A DNA stretch of 64,000 nucleotides from Euprymna scolopes (taxonomy: Eukaryota), in the NCBI GenBank assembly GCA_053919585.1, contig CM132798.1; one strand, written 5' to 3'. The translations under genes were made by a program, and so were the position numbers. The notes under the pieces were generated by a model. It made no database searches and was not told where the DNA came from. It saw only the letters and a list, made by a program, of their open reading frames with translations. Of the stretch, positions 54,151-64,000 are shown in pieces (the stretch's first letter is position 1; each line of letters opens with the position of its first letter).

Positions 54151-55433
54151 TATTAGTATTAGTATATTTGGCCAGTATTGTCGCTATGATGCATATTCAT
54201 GAAACAGCAGCGACAAGTCCGATGATTTTTTTCCATATTTTCACTTTCGAGCTATCGGACCAGCTTTAACGTTCAACTCGAGTGTTCACAAAAACTCCCA
54301 ATGCATATAAACGAAAAAACTAATGCGACGTCAAATAGTTCACGTGTTACACTCAATTGCTCTAAGGTTCGTTTTTTACCATGATCGGAGAAAAAGACAT
54401 GACAAAACATGCGATGCTAACATGACAATTACGACTAAGGCGGCACAGTTGGTTAAGAAATATGTTACTGCTTTTACTATAGAAAAAGAACTCATAAACA
54501 AAGACGCGAACAACAGATTTTAGTAGAACGAATATATTGCACAATAAAGTGAAATACAAAGAAAAGTGTTTTAAATTTTCCTACTGGTAAGCAAACCAGT
54601 TTATAATCTCAAGTTGGAACGCGATATCTCGTCCAGGAGTAATAACCCGCTGTTCATATAATGACCAGCGAATCCCGATATGCAAAAATGCGTAAGTTTC
54701 CATAACAATTATTTTCAGTATTCGGGTTTTAATTCACCGCCAAATCCAGGGACGAACAGAAAATAGTTGAAAACTATTACTCTACAATATCATATCAGTA
54801 CAGTTTTAAAACCATAGGGCTGCCCCTGTGAACTTACAATCAGATAGGAGAGGGATCCCCACTGTGTCCTCCACTTTGTGTCACTTCTAGCGCAGAACGA
54901 GTGATATCTCAGTATCTAAGCTGACCCCTATTTTATACGCTTGTCTGTTATTCATAACTAACAAAATCTCATCCGTTTAATAATTTACTTTCCAATGAAA
55001 AAAACAATCGTACGGCTCGATAAAGACACAAGAAGATGTTTTGATTCTGCGTCTAAGAAGATGGAAATTGCCAGAACAATACAATGTTGAATCTTTATTC
55101 CTATTAGATAAAGTAGTAAACATCTGATTAAATAACAGGGATTTTGAACTTATCTTAATTAGTACAGACATACGTGTTTACTAGTAGAGTAAACGGTAGA
55201 ATATAGCATTAATTCATACACTCTACATTTAAAAAAATAATATTAGCGACTCCTGTTTTTTATATTTTTAAATAATTTTTAATGTGACGGATTGGAATTC
55301 TTAACTTTGATTAAATTTAAGTGTTAGGTAAAAAATAAATACATTAAATCAACAGTAACTTATGCACAGCGCTCACACGCATACGCACAGACACAGACAC
55401 AGATACACACACGCACCCGCACCCCCCACACAC

Positions 55434-55472
<39 letters not shown>

Positions 55473-57198
55473 TTCCATTTTTCTCTACATTGGTCGATTT
55501 GGTAGTTCTAGATAATGTCTTCTGGAACTACTGGACCAATCTGGGTGATTATCCTATGAAAAATGCAGAGCACTAACTATCATTGCACCAGTTCGGTGCA
55601 CATTCAATGTTTCAAGTGAATTAAAAAAAAGAATAAATATAGCTTGATTTGTTCATTTAAAAAAGAAAATGCTTATTACTGAATAAAACAAGCAGAATAA
55701 TTTTGCAGTCATGCTGCCGCTAAACAACGCGATACATTTTCACATGTGTAAAATAAACCACACAAAACAAATATTCTCGTATAAATTGACTACCCTAATT
55801 TGGTCAATTGTTTCAATTGATGTCTGTCTATTTGTTGTGTACAGAACATTTTAAATGGTATATACCGTTCTGTGAATAAAATTGAAAGCCTTCGCTATTA
55901 TTCTAAAGTAAACAGCGACATTGTCTGAGATTGGTATAACGAAAATATAAAACCATTTTAATTGTTCTTAGATATGGTTTTGTGGAAAGATAGTGTAACT
56001 CTAGTGTGAAAATGCAACAATCATGACTGGAAAATGTGCAAAAAAAACATTTCAAAATCGCTAATTGCCAAGTAGATATACATATTGTATTTGTATCCAT
56101 ACACAATTATATTTTAATTAATACATATTATTAAACAGTTAAGACATTTTTTGTGAACAGGATTGGGTTGTAATTTTCTTATTTCATACATCTATTTAAT
56201 TTACCCGCTCTCTCGCTATCTCCGTAGTAAATATACGTAACTCAAGTACGGTACGCACATACATTTCTGATTCATAAGTTTATTCTAATGTAATTATGTT
56301 TAGATTTATTTGGCTATATTATCAATAGGTAAATGTCGATATACTAACACATTTCCTATTTAACAACATATAATAAAATTCATAGAAATTAATGTCTTTT
56401 AATCATATATTTATATGAGATATTATTCCGTCTCTCTATTCTTTTACCATATTTAGGACCAAATGTATTTAAACCAGGCATCAATCCCATTCGATACATC
56501 CAAAACAAAATATATCTCTTAGTGTTTAGTTTTACCTAAATCGAAGTGTACAGCAAGCTATAAGTCCCTTCGTATGTATGTCATAGTAAATTGTTTAAAG
56601 TTAGGAAAGAAATAAAGAACATTATTTTTTTCTAATTAATTGGCCCGTAATCTTTGACATTGTATTACTTTGGAATCTTTTTTGTTCCTAATGGCTGGCA
56701 GGGCCGTATTTTATCAAGTTTAGTATAATATGAAACTGTGTTCTGTTACAGTAGGCAACAGTCTTGTGGCAAAGCAATTCTTCGTATATGCCAGTGTGAT
56801 CAAGACCAGATCGAGGTGATGATTTGGGTTGCGTATTATGTTATTCTCACTATTCTGTCAAGTAACGAGGAATGACCATGGTATGACAAAACACTCGAGA
56901 AAAATAAGCGAGATACTCAAATATTTGTGTAGTAGTAAATATAAAAGGTCTATAACGTGTGGATTGAAGTTATATAGTGTAAACATGAACAGTCTTTCTC
57001 GTAAGCATAAAAGTACTAACTAGTAAACATTGAAGATCTACACGGTAAGCATATATTTTCATTGGTAAGCATCCACGTTCTCTGCAGTAGACAAAAAATA
57101 TTCCTATTATATTTAAAGTAAATTAGTTCAATTCCTTAAGGGATTCAGATATAATTCTTTTCGACGTTATCATCTTGCAACATACTCTATATATGTAA

Positions 57199-57270
<72 letters not shown>

Positions 57271-57284
57271 AAATATCATAAGCA

Positions 57285-57510
57285 CATTGGATAAGAGAGT
57301 AAAGAAAGAATAAAGTTGAATACAAATTGAAATGATCGATGCTAAAAAGAGCTAGTAAATACTCTCCGAATAAGTCTGGCCAATGTAAGCTTTGCAATCT
57401 AGAATTATATCATATAATAATATCTTAAGAATGATTTCCAAACAATCAGCAGGAAGTAATGCAAAACTGTTTACATGGGTCTAAGTATATCCTGTCTCGA
57501 CTAAAACCTG
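57285..57510 (+). pseudogene. C-terminal fragment of a second PLE lineage (CxxC...CxH tail)
   Basis: KVEYKLK*SMLKRASKYSPNKSGQCKLCNLELYHII...QEVMQNCLHGSKYILS resembles the W-x-I-L...CxLCLxEK-x-I...CRH tail I recall from invertebrate PLEs. Confidence 0.6.
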
Positions 57511-57820
57511 TTTACAAGCATGGATTAGTTAAAATAAATAAACACATCAAAGTATAGAAAATGAGACATTTTTCTTTATAATAATTCTTTTAAATAAGAT
57601 ATAACATTATCAAATAAGGCATAATAACCTGAAAATCGTAAATAAAAGAATGAATGTCCCAACTGAAATAATATAATGGGAGCATATCTTTACACTAGTT
57701 ATAATCAGATAAATATTAAGAATAGACCTGGGAAGGAAATGTGCTGAAATATTTGACATAATGTAGAATTTAATTTTCATGTTACAACTGAGAGCTAATA
57801 ATTGCATTTATAATTATATT

Positions 57821-58379
57821 CGAGAGGTATCCGGCGTTGCCCGGGTGTTTGGTGGTGTGTGTGGAAACTCCGGGGGTGGGGTGGGGTTATGAAAAAGTAA
57901 GTATGAGGATTGAACCCGAACCGTTCAGGCAAAGTTGTAAATTAAAGTGTGAAAAAAAAAAACTTCCGACGTTAACGATTGCCCCACCACGAGATGCTAA
58001 CGGAAACACGTTTGGATTTATTTAATTACTTGGATTTGGCAGGCGGCCGTTTTAATGCGTTAATGAGGTCAAGTTTAACTGCGGGATAGTATTTCATTTA
58101 CTACTGAACGCTTTTTTCCCCGAAGATGTTATAGGAAAAAGACTAACCAACATGCGGCGAGGTACAGATGTTGAATATTTATCTCCCCGAAATCGAGCAA
58201 ATTAAATAGACAGGCAAGCTTCGTTGTTAACTGTGAGATATTATGGTCTATATGTGATATAAACGTTTTAAAAGTTGTGAAGCGACCGACCGTTTCTCTG
58301 AAAAAAGCCTTTTGTAGACATACAGAAAAAGCGAACACACATACAAACATACATACATTTTCTCATTTATATTTATAGA
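57821..58379 (-). mobile_element. Non-autonomous Helitron with tRNA-like cassette
   Basis: Minus 5' end A-TCtataaatataaatgagaaaatgtatgtatg; A-box-like TGGGGCAATCG (57976-57986), B-box GGTTCAATCC (57907-57916), hairpin ccgggcaacgccgg, and terminal CTAG mutated to CTCG. Confidence 0.75.
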
Positions 58380-59130
58380 TGTAAGTAATGAATAAATGAT
58401 TAATTTAGTATATGGAAATACAACCTTTAAAGAAACCTTAAATATGCTAACAATTGGCAGGTTTGCAGTATTTAAACATTGTTAATATGAGTTTTAAATA
58501 AAACATTTAAATTATAAATGAAAATATTTTATTGTTTGATAGCGAGATATCTAAATATAAATATGTAAAATAGGGGTTCATACATCTATTACAAAGATAG
58601 AATGTATGAGAAGAGTGCTCATACATTTTTTTTGTATATGACTGGCGTCTTCTTCCGTGTCTTAGGTGTAAAATGAAATATACACGTACGACAGTTTACA
58701 AATGATAATGAAGCATACTGGAATCTGGATCAGTGTCTGTAACGNNNNNNNNNNNNNNNNNNNNNNNNNNNNNNNNNNNNNNNNNNNNNNNNNNNNNNNN
58801 NNNNNNNNNNNNNNNNNNNNNNNNNNNNNNNNNNNNNNNNNNNNNNNNNNNNNNNNNNNNNNNNNNNNNNNNNNNNNNNNNNNNCCACCAGTAGTCTGTC
58901 TTCATGTCGGTACATGTTTTTCTGTTTTAAAGCCCCCTCTTCTAGGCTGAGTTTTAAGCAGGATCTCTTACACCGCATTATTGTTTGCCTAAATTACTTC
59001 AAAATTATTGTCTTCTCTATTCTCGTTACGTAGCTGATTTAAAGCTATTCCTCCTTGACTTAACCACCGCTCACCTATTTACACGTGGTGTTATCATGTT
59101 ACTTATCTCTTCTCTTCTTCTCTTCTCTTC

Positions 59131-59782
59131 TCTATATAAATAAAATGAACTCATTTTTCCCGTCTGATTTTGACATTAATAGGATTAAAATCAAGATATT
59201 TCATGCAAATATAATATGCACAAACGGCATAAAAATATCTGAGTTGTTTTATAGGCTTATTATTTCTCAAATTCCTCGATAATCTTAGATTTCTATACTT
59301 TTTCTGCTAAGACGTCACGGCCAAAATCGGTTAAGATCAATGGACGTGGTAAAATATTTTCTCTCTAATAAATTCCTCTTCCCCCTGCCACCACTTAACA
59401 CCGTTTGGGGATCGTTCACAAGGAACAGTTGAGAAGAGAACACCGGTTTGGCTTCGTAGTTCTTTCATGTGAAGTTATTTCAAATCACTAAACTAAGCTG
59501 CAGTGCTCTGTGGCGTAGTGGTTAGCGTGCTGGACAATTCACATTATATTTTCACGTTCGCGCCGACCTACCGTAGTCGTTTTTTTTTTCCTAAACAACT
59601 GGAATGGACTTTCTTGGTGGCCGAACTGTTAACGTTGCAGATGTTTTTTTTTTCACACTTTATTTTCCTACTTTTACTCATGACTCCGGGTTTGATCCTT
59701 CCTACTTACCTACCATACCATTTTTTAAAACTCCCCCCGTCCCGGAAACAAACACTCGGGCAACGCCGGGTACCCCCGCTAG
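59131..59782 (+). mobile_element. Non-autonomous Helitron with split tRNA-like cassette
   Basis: 5' TCtatataaataaaatg; perfect A-box TGGCGTAGTGG (59511-59521), B-box-like GGTTTGATCC (59689-59698), then hairpin ctcgggcaacgccggg and CTAG-T. Confidence 0.8.
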
Positions 59783-60770
59783 TCAATTAATATTTACGAG
59801 TTCTTCATTCTTAAGTTTTGTTTTACCTATAGCTTGATTCATAAACACATAACTTAGTTATTTACATAATTAAACTTCAGCTAAAGTAAGTTTACCAAAA
59901 CAATATTTATATTCTAAACCCAGTAAAGTCATTCGTGTTGTCAGGAATCAGTTTTACCCAGGAAGCTCTATACAACGATATGATTGATGCGGATGTGATA
60001 ATGCTTAAATTAATATAAATCGCATAATTTATAATCAGCTATATCTATTGAGGAAATTGGAATATGACATACGGTAGCATATTTTTTTCTTTTTATACAT
60101 TAATAAAACGTTTTAGAATTATGAGTAAAACATGTATAAACTATAACATCAATATACGGATTTGAAATGCATGGCTTGAAGTATTAAAACTATTAGGTCA
60201 ATTTCAATATTTAAACGTGTTGATTATTACTTTATATTAAAATTCAAAATAAGAAATGTTGGATGCTACGAACAATTTTGTTTATGTTATAATAAAAACA
60301 TTAGCAATCTTTAATAATAAGAAAACATCAACATTAAATCATTAAATATACTTTTAAATATTAATTACAATTTTCAAAATAATACATTTTGTAATGTAAT
60401 TTTAAACACCCACACACACCAGAGGAAATAGGATTTATTCAAGTAAAATGTAACAGAAATTGTACTAAAAAATCAACCTAATTTCGGAAATGATTAATAC
60501 TTAAGAAAAGATAATTTAATATAAAATTGCAGATAGAAAAATAATGTTAGCAAGTAAAACTTACAAAATAATTACATAAGAATGAATATATAAATAAAAT
60601 AAATAAAATAGCAGTAACTAAGTGAATACAATTTAATATTATGCTGATAAACCGTTAAAAATACATAAGCTCACATTAAAATAAAAATTGCATTTTTTTA
60701 CCAACGGATATCAATAAAAATAAAATGAAATTTAAATACATTGAATAAATATACAAATTAATTAATCAAA

Positions 60771-60978
60771 AATGTTAGATTAAATTAAAATATGTGTCAA
60801 TAATAATCACAATGAAATAATAGAAATATAAAACTATAACTTCAAGGATGTCAAAAAATTAATTATAATGTTAGAAATTAAATTAAAATTTATGTCAATA
60901 ATAATCACAATGAAATTATAGAAATATAAAACTATAACTGAAAGGATGTCAAAAAATTAATTATAATGTTAGAAATTA
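60771..60978. repeat. Imperfect ~98-bp tandem duplication
   Basis: aatgttaga...tgtcaataataatcacaatgaaa...ggatgtcaaaaaattaattat occurs twice. Confidence 0.9.
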
Positions 60979-61214
60979 CAGATAAAATAGAAAAATATTT
61001 TCGCATTTTCGCCGATTTCAATATATTAGGACACAAGTAAAATAAAATCATTGAGATATATTTAAATTCAATAAATGAGAGTCGAGGAAATATAATTAAA
61101 GAACGATAACTAATAGACACACCAACTAACCCTTCATTTTAATATGATATATTTACTAAGATTATCTAATATATAAAAGGCAAAATACATAAAAAACACA
61201 AAAATAAAGAAACA

Positions 61215-61557
61215 TATGTATGATGTACGTACGTGTGATGAAACGAAAATGTCGTATTCCAAAAATCATATAAATTCATCAGGTCTCTTTAATTTTTTAT
61301 GAAGAACATCATTTTCAAGTTATTAATGGGAATTTGTAGACATTAAAAAAATCTCAGAAGTTTGAATTAGTGTTGAGTTATCTCTCTTGTCTCATAACAG
61401 GATTAATTTCGAGATGGCCATGTGCGACAATCACCTCTCTTATTCATAAAATCTAATTTTCTTAGTTAAATAAACAAAAAAAAAACTGTTTGACAAATTT
61501 ACGTGATTTTTGGAACATGATATTTTCGTTCTTTCATGAGTACGTATATCATGCATG
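61215..61557. mobile_element. MITE/fold-back element with ~70-bp diverged terminal inverted repeats
   Basis: gtatgatgtacgtac...acgaaaatgtcgtattccaaaaatcatataaatt versus aatttacgtgatttttggaacatgatattttcgtt...gtacgtatatcatgc. Confidence 0.65.
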
Positions 61558-62038
61558 CTAGAAAATCACCGTTCATTTTAATATGATATATTTACTAAGA
61601 TTATTGATAATAAAACCCGTACATATTCATTAATTTACACTGAAATGTTTACTGTTTATATTTAACTTACATAAATGGTATAATTATAATAGAGAATGAA
61701 TAAGCTAAATGAATAATATATAATAAAGTAACAATAAAACTAGAGAAATGCACTTCATCAATATAATAAACATCGTTTAATATAATTATGATTCGATAAA
61801 AGGACATCTCATTTACTTAAAAAAATGGATTATCGACCATTAATTTTATTTAAACACATTACGATTAAATATCAGAAAAGTGAATTGTGTATAAACATTA
61901 AGGTAGGTTGATGAAAACCAATTAAATGGTAATAAAGAAGCATAATTCATGTAATAAAAGATTTCAGTAAAATGGTAATAATACTCAGATATTGACAATA
62001 ACTTTAGATAAAATAATCAATTGCTGTAAACCGAAATA

Positions 62039-62105
<67 letters not shown>

Positions 62106-62144
62106 AATATATTGTTATTAATTCTGTATAAAAAAAGATAAGTG

Positions 62145-62185
<41 letters not shown>

Positions 62186-62728
62186 CATGTATTAATCATA
62201 TAGAAATAAATGTGTATAGATTAAATATAATAATAATCTAAAAATATTAAATGGAATAGTTATTAGTGTATAATGAAATATGCTGCCTGCTATTTCGTAT
62301 GTTTAATATTGGATACTTTACTTAAAAAATCAAAGAGATGTAATCAAAAAATAACATAAAACAATTAATTGAAACTTCTGTTTCATTATCGGATTATGTA
62401 ATCATGTCCAAATGCATTTTCTTTTCTTTTGCTTGATTGATAGATGCTATTACCTGTGGTGAGTAAAAAATGAAATGGGTTTATTGGTCGATATAATGAT
62501 GAGATTAATTACTTTTCTGCAGTGGAAAATGTGATTATGCGTTGTCAGGAATTTAAAATGTTAACGTAATGAAATGTCTTAATTGTAAGATGGAATTCCA
62601 CATGAAATTTGAAATACAGACCTTTGTCATTTTTTCGTTATATGCTTGATAATTACATTGGGCTTTTTAAATGAAGGATTACTATATAAAAAGTGAAGTA
62701 TAATTGGAAAAATCATATGTCAACAGAA

Positions 62729-62778
<50 letters not shown>

Positions 62779-63359
62779 ATGGATGTATGTATGTATAGAT
62801 GTATGTATCAAGTAGCCACGTTGTGCTATTCTGCATTCATGATACAGCGAATACCTTCGATTAAAAATCAATTTGGGAACCAGAATCATTTTCGCTAACA
62901 TTTTTAAAGTGGCATCTTTAAAATCAATCATTAATTATCGAAATGAAATAGCTATTATTCTCGATGGAAATGGCATAATACTCTTCGTTAAGCAAATTAA
63001 TCTTGTCATTGTAACCGCTACATTTAGAAAAAAGTGAATGATGTTGATTGAAACTCCAAAAAATAAAGCCTTATGTGAAAGTGCTTTTCGTTGTATTCAA
63101 TACTCAAGAGAAGCAAAGCCATAGAATAATCAAATTTAAACTTGATTTTGAAATAGGCTTGAATAAGGTGTATTAAAACCTGCGACATATTCACCATTTT
63201 TCAAACCATCATGAGACTATCTATTTAATCCTGGTCTTATTGATTTGTTCAAAATAATATTATACAGCTATCATGTTTTTGTTTTAAATATTGGCTAATG
63301 ATAAAATTATATTTTCTGATATAAAATATAAGACGTCTTTGTGTGACTCTGTTTAAATA

Positions 63360-63420
<61 letters not shown>

Positions 63421-63421
<1 letters not shown>

Positions 63422-64000
63422 TAGCTGTACCCTGCCACGCGTTGCTGTGGCTCAATTTGGTGTAATGAAAAATTATAATAAAAAGAGAAAATGCATTTCT
63501 TTCTTATATTCTTAGTACAGCAATCCACTCTAACAAAAAAAAAATGAAAAAAAATGGTACTCTTGCAGAATTGGATCCTGATCCTCAGGATTACCGTCAA
63601 TCATAGCTTGGGCTCGACCAACAATCAGTGGATAAAGCTAACGTTGAAACGCTAAATGTTTTTTTTTTTCTGTATACAAAAATGTGAGTTAGTAATTAAT
63701 ATTTGAATGATGGGGGGTACTATAAAGACCGTCTTAAAAGACAAGATGACCGATGGGCAAAAATAATTTAATCTGCTGACGTCATCACGGATAGTCCTTA
63801 GTTGCTTGACACCGGTAGTCACCGGTAGTCACTCCTAACGTCTTGAAGTCAGAGTAATATTTCTTTTTTTTATTAAAATGCCTTCACGGTGCATCGTTCC
63901 AAATTGCCGAGGAAATCATCGTAAAGGACCAAAAAGTGACAGTATTTTCATTTCCAAAAGATAAAGAATTATAATGCAGTAAAAAAAAGATTTTACACCA
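63421..64000 (-). mobile_element. Non-autonomous Helitron 3' part (5' end unresolved or beyond window)
   Basis: CTAG at 63421 abutting (TA)n, with hairpin gccacgcgttgctgtggc at 63434-63451. Confidence 0.65.

Noticed and set aside
54810-54930. HDV-like ribozyme (gtg-tcctc-cac)
   Set aside because: The L3 loop is too short and P1/P2 pairings could not be built.
59505-59700. Intron-containing tRNA gene
   Set aside because: Oligo-T runs between the A and B boxes would terminate Pol III, there is no cloverleaf, and the sequence lies inside a Helitron.

Overview
AT-rich eukaryotic draft-assembly sequence (11 N-gaps, many (TA)n, (CA)n, (TAA)n and (TAG)n microsatellites). The repeat landscape resembles an invertebrate such as a cephalopod mollusc, which is my inference only. 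I cannot support any host protein-coding gene, and most ORF-track entries are microsatellite or N-gap artefacts or antisense readings of TE pseudogenes. The window is a dense patchwork of mobile DNA. It holds tandem R4/Dong-type RLE LINEs in trinucleotide microsatellites (12.7-18.0 kb), a young IR/DR-type Tc1 DD34E transposon (20.7-22.4 kb) and an older one (41.2-42.8 kb), a Penelope-like element (PLE; RT + GIY-YIG, 28.7-30.2 kb) plus PLE fragments, an R1/Loa-like RT fragment, several non-autonomous Helitrons, 5S-rRNA-derived and tRNA-derived SINEs, and a 37-bp minisatellite with a 7-unit higher-order duplication. The most interesting signal is RNA-level and invisible in the ORF track: ten minimal type-I hammerhead ribozyme (HHR) motifs in four sequence families, each with a palindromic helix III. 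These include one copy with an intact core (10572-10642), copies showing compensatory base-pair changes, inverted HHR pairs, and a 340-bp unit in which a tRNA-like Pol III promoter sits between two direct-repeat HHRs (4615-5020, a candidate tRNA-headed retrozyme). A second recurring architecture is unrelated non-autonomous Helitrons each carrying a tRNA-like A/B-box cassette just upstream of the 3' hairpin-CTAG. All calls were made by eye, and boundaries are approximate unless a terminal motif is quoted.
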